DNA of 64,000 nt, taken from Klebsormidium nitens. Lineage: Eukaryota; Plantae; Klebsormidiophyceae. The translations under genes and the position numbers were made by a program. Positions 1-12,230 of the stretch are shown here, piece by piece; the stretch's first letter is position 1, and each line of letters starts with the position of its first letter. The notes under the pieces were generated by a model. That model was not told where the DNA came from and ran no database searches. It saw nothing but the letters and a program-made list of their open reading frames with translations. The stretch is from assembly GCA_000708835.1 (NCBI GenBank), contig DF237138.1, positions 1 through 64,000 of the forward strand. Reading direction: 5' to 3'.

Positions 1-258
1 GGCAAGAAGTGTTAGTCTAGAAGCTTCGGTGCTCGGCCGGCCATAAGCTTAGTCTAAAAAGCTTATCGGACGGTTCCCAGGCGCGCGGTGCACGTGGGTC
101 TTTATCGAACGGTCACTCGGTGAAGCAGTAACCTGGACACGTGGCGTGTAGTGATTCAATAAGTCGATAGCGTATAATAACGGACGATGCGCGGCCGCGA
201 GTTCAGCGCGCAGCCGGGAGTCGGTGCGCAGTCGTGCCGTTACAGTTCAAGTCAATAA

Positions 259-3097
259 TTGATTCAGTTAAATTCAGTTAAAAACGAGACTGTGACCTTA
301 AGCGCCTTTCTGAAAGCCTGTGAAGCTCACCCCGACTGGCTGAATCCAATCAGAAGGGAAGTAGTTGCTGAAATAGAGAAATTCTGGACTGCTGAAAAGT
401 GTCTCAGCATCCAGCTGCATTGCAAGGTAGGCCACAGCGAGAAATACCAGCATCTAATCAACCTATCTAGCAAAACCTACAACCCTGTCAAGAAATAGTG
501 GGAAGGAAAAGAACTCTTCCATCCTGGCAGCCAAGTGTTCGTTCCCAAGTTTAGATCCAAGAATGAGGTAGGAGGTCTTCGAACTGAAATCGCAGCGGAA
601 ATTCCTCTCATCCAGGACGAGCAGGGAACTGCTTGCTGGACTGACTTGGAAGCTCTGATTATAGAGACAATCAGGCAAGAAAGAGCAAAAGGGTACTGTC
701 AAAGCAAGCGGCTGATCCAAGAGCTTCAAATCTGGCTGCACTGGGGCGGTGATGCTGCTGGCTGGCTCAGAGGCATTAAGCATTCTAAGTTCGGTTTCAA
801 ACTAGTGGGGGGTGGCAGGGTTTGCAGTCAATCACCCCGGAATCTTAGAACCATCCTGCTCTTTGAGGGCAAGGATAATTACGAGAATTATAATGAATAC
901 ATGCAACCCTTCTTCCCTGTCATGCGCAAGCTGCGCCTGGAGGGACTGATCATTGGCGGAATCCGGTACACATTCAAACAGACAATAGGGGCAGATTACG
1001 TCCTCCTAGCTGAAATCCTAGGTCATGCGGGGCACAGCTGCATACAGGGCTGTGTCTTCTGTCTAATCTTCAAGAAGGATTACGGGCGGCTAATCGACAA
1101 TGGAGGCAAACTTGAACCAGTGCGAGCAGAACCCAGAACCCTTGAGATGGCAGCTCTTGCTGCGCACCGCCCCCTGACCACAGGGCCTGACGTCAAGTGT
1201 AACCACTGCGGCGAGGCCTTCCCTGACCAGGCCGCAGTCCTAGCAAGCAAGGCCCCCGAAAACCCCCAGGCTTACCAGCAAACCCATGCTGGTCAAAAGT
1301 TTGGCTGCCCCCCCCTCTTCGACTTCCAAATCACAGACATCTTGCTGTGCATTCTCCACACCCTCCTCAGACTCTCCGCGGTAGTCTTCAAACGCACGAT
1401 CACAGCAAACTGCGACACCCAAGCCAAGGTTGACGCCATCAACTCCTTCATCAAGGAAGCCCATCTGGGCTGCAAGAAAATCAAACTGAAAAAAAAAGAC
1501 GCCCGCAAGACCAAGGACACCGAGGACATCAACTTTATTGGCAGGTGAGCTCACCTGCTGGTTTGCCTTGCATTGCATTGCCCCCCTTGCATTGCCCCGT
1601 GCATCTGACTACAGCACTTGCATTTTGCAACCCCCCTTTTGCCACTCTGCTTCGTGCATGCCTGCCTGCTTGTTCATCCTGCTGATTCATCCTCTACTGC
1701 GCTGCGCTGTCCTGCTTTGCGCTGCGCTGTCCTGCTTTCCTGCACTCCTGCTCTCCTGCTCTCCTGCAACAAAAACATAAAGAAGTATTAAATCGAATAC
1801 TTTTATGTACACTGCAGGGAGGCCAGGGTGCTCATGCACCCAGACATGTACAACACGCTGCTGACCATCGCCATCGAGGACCCTGGGAAGAGAGCTTTGA
1901 ACGAGAAAGTGTGGGCGGGCCTGAGCACCTACAACTCAGAGCTGCTGAAGCCCATGCTGAACCCGGCAGACGCAGCAGAGCGCTTGGTGAAAAGCGGTGT
2001 TGTTCAGGAGAAGGGAGTGGGTTTCCTGAGAGCATTCTCAGACGTCGCTGGGGTGGAAAACGCAACACTCTACTGTCACATGGCGGTCACCCACCTGCCA
2101 GAGATGGTGCGGGACACGGGGGTGGACCTGTCGGAGGTGTCCCAGCAAGCCCTGGAACACGCTCTGAAGCAGGTCAGGTCCACATCTCAATCTCCTCGTC
2201 CTCCTCCAGCACCTGCAGACAAGAAAGAAGCACTTAGCTTTTCTTTCAATGCAACACCCTGAAGAAAAACCTTTCTCCTTTGAAACTGCTTGCCCCCTGG
2301 CTGGTCAGCGATCCCAAGTCGTTGAGCGGTGACACTTTCTAGAGAGCAACCCCCTAATAGCCGGCCAACGTACGCCCTGGCCCGCACGTTCTGGGGTGCC
2401 CACATCAGAAGTGTCCTATTACAAGATGCAATTCTACTTTGTTGACGATTTGATTCCGAATTTGTTTCTTTTGCAGGGCAAGAGCGACATGCGAGACTTC
2501 TCCAACAAGCAGCTGATAGGCGAGCACATGGGGTTGGGGAGAAATCAGCAGGTGATGGCAAAGGAGCGGGAGAGAGTGCACTTGGAGCAGAGGGTTGAAA
2601 TGCCCCTGTCCCGCAATGTCAGAAGGCAGCTGGGCGACGGGTCGAAGGAGATAGACAAAGCTGTCGAGCGGGCAGAGAAGAAGGGGCTCCTGGTGAGCAA
2701 AAGTCAGCAGCAGGTTGACAAGCTGGTAGCCAAAGGGAAGCAGAAAATGGACGAGTTGGTGGCGGGGGTGTTGGAGGACAGGCTCACCTTGCCCCCTATC
2801 CCAGAGGAGGATGCAGCGCCTGCAGTCCCTGCGCCTGCGCCTGCTGCGCCTGCGGAGATGGAGGCCCCCTTGCCTCTCCCCTTGGCAGCAGCTGAAGGCC
2901 TCGAGGTGCCGGCGATCATCCTCGAGACAGCACCAGGGGACAGCACACTGCCATCCCCCAGCACCATCGGGTGCGGCGGCGATGCTGGGGCGCGCGGGGC
3001 GGGCAGGGGCGGGGCAGCCAGGGGGGCAGCCAGGGGAAGGGCCAGGGGGACGTTCATAGGTGGCCGGAGAGTACCTAAGAATGCGAGAGCATTGTAG
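259..3097 (+). mobile_element. Transib/RAG1-like DDE transposase gene, probably pseudogenised. Exons about 259/535-1544, 1818-2172, 2477-3097; in-frame TAG at 496-498
   Basis: The spliced product (phase-consistent GT-AG introns 1545-1817 and 2173-2476) shows the Transib/RAG1 core motifs in order: IWLHWGGD (D1, cf. KWGxDG), GADYVLLAEILGHAGHSCIQGCVFC (D2 + CxxC), CILHTLLRL (cf. LH), FIG|REARVLM (cf. GNxARxxx), TLYCHMAVTHLPE (cf. YFHKTLAHVPE), LSEVSQQALEHALK (E, cf. SEEAQEARNK). ORFs 259-498 and 535-1548 are in the same frame, separated only by one TAG. TIRs were not found; the left end may lie outside the window. Confidence 0.8.
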
Positions 3098-3187
3098 AAG
3101 TTAGAAAGTAAGAAAGTAGATGGTAAATTAGACAAGAGAAAGTGCTAGGAACTCAACACTCTCGTGCATGACGAACATGAACTGTGT

Positions 3188-4200
3188 TTAAAACCACCAA
3201 TTACCTGGATCACCCCTGTCCTCCCTCCATGACTCATCCTGCCGCTCTTCTGGACGCAATGCGAAGTAACTGTGCTGCATTTCCTCCCTTCTCAACCTGT
3301 CTGCTGTCAGTCTAGCCTGATCTCCATGATAAGTCTCGAGCAACAGCGCCTCTGAATGCTCGACCATGGACTTTGTCAACCGAGAATTTGCCGCAATCAA
3401 AAGCCCCCTTTGCCAAATCCCGGAACTTTGCCTCGACAAAAGGCCAACCCTCTGCTGGTTCTTGCATTGAGTTGGCCCTGTTAATGACCCCCCGGATTGA
3501 CATTGAGATCCAGCCAAAGGTGATGCTAACCCTCGAACCAGCTACTTTGCTCTCTGTATGAACTGCTCGGACGGGGGGCACTACCATGACCATCTCCCCA
3601 CTAGAAAAGATCTTGCATGATGAGTAACCCCTTTCTGATTCAATCCAATGGAAGCAGCAGAGCGTTTCCACCGCAGAACAGGTCTCCAGCAGCCTGATGT
3701 ATGTCTTTACATTGGTGGTCTGCCACTGGCCCTCCTCATACTCAGACTCGAAGATTGAATGGAAGGCATCAAAAGGGACAGGCGGTTCTGACGACCAATT
3801 CACCCCACTGTGCTCTGAAAAGGTCAACCGCCTGAACATGCATTTCCTCCACCACTTCAAGTATTCCCTGTCGTCGATCATGTGGATGTGGTGGTTTTCA
3901 TGATTGAACGCCAGCACTGTGTCAGCCCACTTAGCATTGCACTCCCTACAGCGCAGAGACTTCCCAGAAAGTTTCTGCCCATCCTTAGGACAAAAGCGGA
4001 AAAACTCAGACCCCGCCCCAGCAGTGAGCTTGTAAACCCCCTCAAGTCTCAAAATCTTCTCTTCTTCAAGCTCACGAGACTTAGCTGCAGAGTGCTTGGG
4101 CCGCTTCCTGTCGCAGAACCGGCCAGTCTCCCTCATCTTGCGCTCCCCCCCCGCCATGCAGGTTGCTTTTGCCAAACAAGCAGAGCGCAGAGCGCACAGC
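3188..4200 (-). pseudogene. Transposon-associated second gene convergent with the transposase: zinc-ribbon plus putative JmjC/cupin (DSBH)-like domain; frameshift near 3404-3408; 5' exon(s) uncertain (possibly 4376-4576)
   Basis: ORF 3312-4259 contains FCPKDG..CREC, LAFNHENHHIH..YLKWW and GEMVMVVPPVRAVHTES..SRVSITFGW. Removing one base from the C5 run at 3404-3408 joins it to ORF 3188-3517 (LAKGLLIAANSRLTKSMVEHSEALLL...). The first ~35 codons of the listed ORF derive from a 7-mer tandem repeat and are probably intronic. The domain call is by eye only. Confidence 0.5.
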
Positions 4201-4256
4201 CCACAGCAAGCAGCCCACAGCCCGCAGCCCGCAACCCGCAGCCCGCAGCTCGCACA
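4192..4256. repeat. Short tandem repeat (CAGCCCG/CAGCCCA)n
   Basis: cacagcccacagcaagcagcccacagcccgcagcccgcaacccgcagcccgcagctcg is read directly in the sequence. Confidence 0.85.
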
Positions 4257-5594
4257 CAACAGGCAACTCTAGGCAGCTCTAAGCAGCACACAGAGGCAGA
4301 AAGCGGAAAGCTGAGGTGATAGCAATGAGAGGTGATAAGACAGGCCGACCTTTGACACGAAGCGACCCAAGCTTGCTAGGTGATGTGACATGCACAGGTT
4401 TGCCCTGCTAAGCGCGCCCCTTTCTCGAGGCTTCTGACCTTGCCGAGTGAGCTTTTCTGCTTATTTGGCAAATTCCTGCGATCAAACCATGGGGGACCAT
4501 GTGAAGATGGCGCAGCCAAATCCTTAGAGGCCAATGATTTTTTTTGACCAGATGCAACGGTGCGCCATCTCAGCATGGACCCTGGTGACAGGCCGCCCTT
4601 TCAAGAAAGATTTAGATATTTGCTCGTGCATGCTCCCGCCATAGGTCGATTCAGCACGTGAAATTTTGGACAGCGCTTCGTCAATGACTACCCTTCGTGC
4701 CTGGCGATTTTGACGGCCTACCTTGCGCGCAGGGTAACGTCCTCCCTATAGATTCAAATTTAAAACATGGTGCGCTCCAGGTGTTGTGCGACTACCAAGT
4801 TGCCCTCTGAAGGTGGTCCGCAGGCCGGTGCCTCCTTTTCACCGGATTTTCCCGCAATTATCAAACGGACGGCTCAGATCTCGTGTCTAGGCTGTCTCCG
4901 ATCATCGGACGGTGAGATGTACGGGGACCGGCCGCAGCCTAGGCTGGTTGTGAGTGTGGCACTAGGACTATAATTCCAACATGCCGCCGTCAAATATCAG
5001 ATACGATCAAAAGGACTGGTGTGAAGGGTTCTCTAGTGTGACTAAATGATTGTGCGTACGTGCATGCTTCTCATCCTTTGATTTGCCGAAATCAAACGGG
5101 AGCCTAGGGTGAGCTATTCAATGATCCGCTTATAGGCTGCAAGCCTGGCGCGTTGATATGCGAAGCTAGCTACCTTGCATGATCGAAGCGCGGGCGGCCG
5201 GACGGCAAAAACTACCTGGCACGGCATATGAGTTGGAAGCGGGCGGCGGCTAATTGATCTGCAATGGATGACAATGATCATGTCGAATTGTATATCGTCA
5301 CATAACATTGAAGCCGTTGCTAGCTTATCGACTGGCTTATCCAGCCTATGCATGCATGATCATGGCATCATATGCGTGCGCGGCACATCGCGCGTCCGAT
5401 CAGTAAGGAGTCATTTGCCACGTCATGCATTTGGCGGCCACGTGACCAGGGCCCGACGTGTAGTAAAACTGTTATTCGTACTCCCCTCACTAGGTCTGCG
5501 TGGTGCATCCCCTGCAAAGAATATGACGATGAAATCTCTCATAAAATCTACAATCCGCCCAAATGATATTCGAAGCACAACTAACATGGGGCTA

Positions 5595-8500
5595 CTAGCC
5601 CTGGCCGTGATTGAAGTCGTAAGCAGTAAGTGTGTGATCCGTATGCGCACCCACAATCTTTGTCATCCCAGCTCGCACACACAATAGCGGAGCAGTACGG
5701 CCAACCCCTGCTCCGTCTCCAAGCCCTTTCTTCGCTTCGTCTCCTCCGCTGTGCGACGCATCGACCCAAGCTTCCCTCGGCCTTTTCCGTGGAAATGAAA
5801 GCTGGGCCGTAGAAGCCGAGCTAGTTTCTGAACCGCGCAAACCTCTCTCTCCTCTGTCTACTTTCCCCTCGCTGGACAGAGTCGACAACGTGTCGCCTAC
5901 CTTCTCAAGCTGGGCACTACTTTTTCCCGTTAAAGACCGTAAAGTCCGACCGTTCCCCGCATCAAGTATTTGGATTTCCCCGGCTAGATTGGCGCTCACA
6001 ACCAAGCTGGAACTATACTGGGGGCGGTGCACGCTGGAAACGGCTCGGGCATCTGTTCGCGACCACAGGGGTTTTGCGTACCTGCATCAGGATGCGAGAA
6101 GTGCGGCCGTGAGTCATCTAGGTGTCTTTCAGAACCAGTTCGTCCAGTAAAGAGCGTGCTTGGCGGGAGTGGTAAGCTGGAAACGGCGCACGTCTGCTCT
6201 CGACCAAACAGGTTTAGCGTACCTGCATAAGGATGCGAAAAGACTGCCATAATCATTCTGTCCGTCCGTCGGTTCCAATTTGATCCAGTAAAGAAACAAG
6301 CATGTACTGGCGAGAGTGGTAAACGGGAATGGCTCTCGCGTTTGCACGCGACCAGAGGGGTTTCGCGTACCTGCAGAAGCATACAAATAAGCGGCCGCAA
6401 AACTGTCTGCGGATCCGCCAGTAACCATCTGCTGATTACCACAAGACAGACGCGCTCTAAAGAAAAACCAAAGGAGGACGGACTTGGATCCTCATATCAA
6501 CATTGTCCGCAACACCAGAGCGCAGCAACGGCCGAGCGCAGAGAGAAAAGACGAGAAAAGGAGGCTACATGACCGGAATGCGGAAAAGGTAACACAGCGA
6601 TCCAGGTTGTAGCAGTGCGCAGAAACGAGACACTGAAATTTCTGATAAGGCTTCAACGAGCAATGCACACCGAGGGCTCAGAAAAGGCTGTCGAGGAAAT
6701 CTGAGGACCGACCCAGAACTAAGTTCCGCCCCAAGGGTGACTCGTCTGCAAATCATTGCAAAGTCGCTGCGGAAATCGCTCACCTGACGTCCCAACACGT
6801 TAGCCCTCGGGGTGTTGCAGCAAACACCATGGAGCGGGGAGCGTCGAGATGTGCACATGTCACCTCTGCGCATAGAAGACAGACATCGATGAAAACCTTG
6901 GCCGGAGATAGCAGATTTGCGACGTACTCCTCGAAAAGAAGCACAGGCTGCCGTCCGGATGAGCCACCTTTTCAGCCTTTTCAAGAGACTTAAAGATCTG
7001 TGACCAAAGGGAATATGCAATTTATTTCCACATTCACCTTGGCCAGGCTGCTGTGCAGGCTCCATGGTCGCGAGCCTCCGAGAATGTTCTCACAAACGCA
7101 GGCTGCCATTTGGAACACAAGTATCGTTCCGCAAACTCTGTCGCATGATCCAACGCCAGACAAAGATCCAGACTAGGTCCAGAGAAAGGTAAGCTTGCGC
7201 AGGGTGCTAGGACAGCTGGAGTTGAGATTCCCGAGGCCTTTCCCGAGAGCGTACGCTGGCGCCCAGAACACATACAGCCTAGCGGATTCAGTCAAATTGT
7301 TTTCAAATCATAACTCTAAAGTATAGCGGCCTTGCCTTGTGCGGGATGCTGTGGCAGCAGGTTCGCGCTGCGCTCCCCCGAGGAGGCTGCCGAAAGGCAC
7401 AGGCTGCCGTCCGAGGATCCGGTGAGAAGAAGGTCGTATTCCACGTTCAGGGCCACCGTCGTGAGTGCTGCGCTTGAGTGGGGCCTGCAGGTAAGGCAAG
7501 TTTTGTGTCTTTCGGAAATGGACATATCAAGATGCATCTCAAGATACCAAGTTCGCGGCGACTCTTGTTGCCGAGCTCAGTACGCGTCAGATTGTGTAGG
7601 AGACTGAACTTGTCGCCGAGCATCACAGGCGCCAGAAGGTTCCGGAAATTTTGCCACAGCAGAATCCGGGGCTTAACGAGACGGCAACCTCCACATCAGC
7701 AGGTCGACATGAAAGTCTTCGTAGAGAATCGCCCAACCAGTGGGCATCGACTTCTTTCTTGACTCAGCATAGCTTTTGTTTAAGGTGTCAGCTCCGAAAG
7801 CGACATGGCTTCATGTCCCAGAAGCGCTAGCGCAGTCTTCGGCAGGATGCAAATTTGAATAACAGGTTCGCATCCGCCCCCTTGGAGGAAGGAATACATC
7901 TCGCACTGATCGCAGTACTCGGTATCTTTCAAAGCGACGGTGAACAACCTCCAAACAACCTCAGACGCCGGCGTGATAATGACCAGTGGCCTCCAGTGCT
8001 GGAACATTTCTATGAGAGGGCCTTATGAGGGTTAGAGTGAAACTGGTAACTGTGTTTTCAATCCCCCTTTCGACGAGATCTCGAGGACTCGATGCATGCC
8101 TGATAGGAGTTAAAGCTTCGGCTGGAGACAAAGACCAACGACAGGATTTCTCGCGCTGGATCTGTCAAAGCATGAGGGTTTAACGGCTTGGATGCCTGTC
8201 TCAGAATGCTCAAAACAGAAGGCCGAAGACAACAGCTCTTGCTCAAATTTCCGTTGAGGTGTAAGAGCTTGAAGGGGTGGGCATCTACCTGAAAATGCTG
8301 GAAAACAGACTGCCGGAGACAACAACTCCCATTTCAAAACTAGCAAAGCGTGCCAGCGTGAGGTTTTGTGCCTAGCTGAGAATGCTCAAATAACAAATAC
8401 ATCTAGAATGGCTCTCGCTTGTGCTCTGTTAAAGTTTGCGAGCTTGAGATTTTGTCTGCCTACCTGAGAATGCTGGTGATGCTCCCGCTGAAGAGGTCGT

Positions 8501-11500
8501 ACAGGCGGAGGGTGCCGTCCTGGCAGGCGGCGGCTAGGTCGGTGTCATCGAAGCTGCACGCACGGAGTTCAATGGCAGTTTGACACTTCCTCCGTTCTAA
8601 ACTACGGTAAAGCGGGCAAAAGCCGGAGGAAGCAGGCAACTATCGGAGCCCGATATCCAAACATTCACGAAGTCCGCTTGAGGGGCATCAGGATCGAACT
8701 GAAGCGTCACGACGACGTCAGCTCGAGCGAGATGTCGAAGAAGAGAGCTCACCTTATCGCACGCACCCGCTGACCATGGCCCCCTAGAATGCGGAGGAGG
8801 CGGCACTGTCCAGGTTCCGACAGCCGCTTCCATAGGACCACGTCGGCCCCCGCTGCAGCCGCCACCTGGGTCAAGCAAACCCACATGATGAAGCCGGATG
8901 ATCCAGCTGGTCGGACTACTCGGGGTTCAAAACTGACGGTAACCAATGAGAGCGCCATCTTGAAACAACTTTGGCTCGGCTCACCTCTTCAATAGCGAAA
9001 ATTTGAGTGAGCAAGTTCACGTGTCCGGCAGGTTATGATCATGATGACCCCCCGCAAAGCCAGCGTCTTTGTTTCAACAGCAGCCCGCAGACTCTGCAAG
9101 TTACTGCTACAATGTCACTTCCTATTGAAAAGACACGACACGCGACACGTCCGTTTTAGGGGCTCGTCCTTCGAGTCTTTTACATGGAACATGTTTACGG
9201 AGTTGTCCGCCTAGCTTTTCAATTTCAGGCATCTGTGAAGAAAGGGTCAAAGCTTTCCTTTATCGTCGACATTACAGAACCGCTTTTCAGCAAGTTTTCT
9301 ACTCTGACTCGCCAGTGAAACCTTCGCTTGTTTCAAAGCGGAGCGCGAATTGGCCCACCTTGTGCTGGTCCAATTGCAGGTCAACCACTGGCGAGCGGTT
9401 GGGCGCTTGGAGAGTGCTCAGGCAGCGGCTGCTTGAAAGACTCCACAAGCGCACCGTCTGCAAAAACGGCGAGTGACGTCAAAGTCGTCAAGCCGGATGG
9501 TGTCTGACAGTCACGCCAAGGATTTCTGATCGAATTACGTTCGAGAGAACGTACGGTGTGGCGACTTCATCTGACAATAAAGCTCAGAAAGGGGTTCGGT
9601 GGTTCTGGACTTATGAGATACTGAAACTTACGGGTACACAACAAGCTACTCTAACCTTGATCCACTTGCGACACAGATACCACAGCCACAATGGATCTGG
9701 ATGACCGGACGAGCGAGAGCACACCTCTGGTTACGACCGACGTGGTATGGTCGACGTCAAGGTGGCTTGCGCAGAATTTAGCAAAAGAAACTGGGACGAA
9801 AAGCAACGGTGGAAAAGAAATATTGAAACGTTCCACAGCGAATTAGCACTGGGCCACAGCACAACGGCTATCGAGGAGAGTAATGCAGCCTCGATCAGAT
9901 GCTCTGACCTGTTAAGGAAGTCACGCGCGAATATGTACTTACAAACTGCAGTAGTTGAGATCGACTGCCGTGTGAAAAAACCGTACGGTCCGCTTTATCA
10001 TACTAATCGACAAAGAAGAAGCAGGAACCTTTTTAACGACCTTAACCACGGACTACCTCTCAAATTTAGCTTTTTGTTCCGGGTTGCCAAAATCCTTGCT
10101 TGAATTTCTCAAAAGAAACGCTCCCCAAACATGGTCTAACGGAGATGTTCAGAAGACCAGTCCTCACTGTATCAGAAGATGCGCTGGCCACAATATCCAG
10201 GTCAATCGCGCATGCGTTAACCCTGCACAAAAAAGAAGCAGAGTGGTTTGGACACATTGTATCTGAAAAGATAAGCCAAGCAGACTCGTATTAGTTCTGT
10301 CCAATCGGCTCAGTCGTCCTTTTCGACCTTCCTGATTTTGACCCAGAACAGGCAGGCTGCCTTTGGAAATCCAACCCGGATGCATACAAAGATCGATGCC
10401 AACTGTAAGGTGACGAAGCGGCCAAATCTTAGAGACCACGGCTCTGGTTGCCTGGTATCCCAAGTATGATGCAATACCCTCACGATTTTTGTAGGAGAAG
10501 TAGCTTCGTTTCCGAACCGCAAGATCCTGTGTCTGCCCCAAGAACCGGGACATCAGGACGTTTATTTCGACCAACTTGAAGCAACAGCAAACTGAGAGCC
10601 AAACGGAGCTTCTGAGTCTACTTCTTCACATTCTTGTTTCTGAAAGTTTGATTCTGAAAACGGATCTCTTGAGCGGGCAAGTTTTCTCCAGCTTGGGCTT
10701 TTCGTTGTTCCAATTCTTCCATCACCTTTCGAAATTCGAGAACAGGTGCACTTAATGCCAGAACAACGTCAACCAACATGAGTGATTCTATGTTTGGCTC
10801 CATTGAGAGGCCCAAAACAAACTTCCTCAGGAAACCAAGCAAGAGACATCTGTACCTTTTGGAGTGGCCTTCAAGCGTCCGCAATTGGTAGTCTCCCAAC
10901 AGGAGGCTCTTCCGATGCTCCTTGTCAACAAGGCATGCCTTCCAGTCGGGTGGGTCCGCCATCCCTCTTCTCGGTGGATTCTGAGTCCCACCTGGTCCTC
11001 CGCCATACCTTCCATTGTACAGGGTTTGCCAAAGGCCGGGGGACGCCTGGATAGATGCACGCCTAGGATCACAGAAGTCTCGTGTCAAAAAGAAAATTAG
11101 AACGTGGGGTAAGGCTACAAAAGAATATAGGGGGCAAGTGGCCGACAACATTCCAATCCATGAAGCAAGCAGAAAGTTTTTTCAGGAAATGATACGTTAC
11201 TTTGATGAAGACTTCGAAGGAACTACGCATTGCAAAGTGAGAGCTGCAGAGACCTTGGTACTGTGGGATACAAATGGATTTTTAGGCTTGGAGACGTCAA
11301 AGACACGTCAACAAGACTGATGGTTATGGTTATTTGCCACGTCTTCATGCCCTGGTTCTTTATGCCCTGACAAAAACGTAACTTTTTGTGAAACTTTTCA
11401 TAACAGTTTGGTTTGCAAAGTGGTGGTACAGTCCGCTGGCTTTCTGCAAGTCAGTCTTGATTGCGAATAACTGGAGACAATACCATGAAGATCTGCTTCT

Positions 11501-11963
11501 GAATCATAGCTACATTTTCAGATCAGTCCTCAACTGTACGCTGGGCTGTCACTCTGATACAATCAGAAGCTTGATGTTCAAACTTGCCTGTCCCCCATTG
11601 TAGCAGACCATGCTCCAATTCTGCAGTTAGTTCCTCGACTTTCATCACTTCAACTAACTGTTGCTTTGTGTTTTAAAGCTTCATCTGACGAAGCTTCCCT
11701 GTCAAAGATTGAACTGGAGCAGTAATCCAGCATAACTGATACGAGTGAAGTTTTTTCCGATGTTGTTACTTTGACAGCAATGGGTGGACTGCATGAAAAG
11801 GGAAAAACAGCCGCTTGACAGCAAAGCAATGCCACGACCATGAGAAGCGGCCAGCTCACCAATCACTAGACACCGCAGCGCATGCAGCCACCTGGGTTGC
11901 ACTGAGGCGTTTCAGGATGTGGTCCAGGCAGTCGAGGGGAAGAGCAGACGGCCTCTCCTTCAT
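5595..11963 (-). CDS. F-box/WD40-repeat protein. Supported exons: 11963-11860, 11062-10856, 10222-10168, 9457-9359, 8865-8753, 8553-8464, 7484-7336, further uncertain exon(s) near 7.0-7.1 kb and 5.9-6.0 kb, last exon ending at 5595
   Basis: N-terminal F-box LPLDCLDHILKRLSATQVAACAAVSSDW. WD repeats: LEGHSKRVNACAIDLDIVASASSDTTVRLW, LGGHGQRVRAISFDDTDLAAACQDGTLRLYD, LLLTGSSDGSLCL. C-terminus CVRAGMTKIVGAHTDHTLTAYDF. Phases are consistent for the first seven exons; 3' exon structure is incomplete. Confidence 0.88.
6036..6380. repeat. Degenerate ~145-bp tandem repeat (about 2.5 copies) in an F-box/WD40 intron
   Basis: The motif gaaacggc...cgacca.aggggttt.gcgtacctgcat.aggatgcga...ccagtaaaga...ggcg.gagtggtaa recurs at about 6036, 6180 and 6325. 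Confidence 0.75.
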
Positions 11964-12230
11964 GCTGCAGATGAAGAGTTTCACTGTAGCAGGTCAACAG
12001 CGCTTACAGCTATCCTCAGCCATTGAATGTCTTTCTTTGTCAACACAGCATGATTAATTTATTACCTGTTTAATTACTTTACCATGTACTGTCATGCAGT
12101 GCAGAAGCCGAGTTTTGGCCGGCCCTGGCCGGCGTCAAGAGCTTACAAGAGGCACAGGTATGCACGGTGAGGGAACACCGGGCCAATAAGAAGAACTTCT
12201 AACCAATCAAGGCCGGTAGTGAGTACCGGC

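Noticed and set aside
132-5450. 13-bp inverted match (cctggacacgtgg at 132-144 vs ccacgtgaccagg at 5438-5450) as the TIR of the transposon
   Set aside because: It is centred on a palindromic CACGTG, does not extend convincingly, and has no TSD. No RSS-like CACAGTG/CACTATG end was found in 4600-5600.
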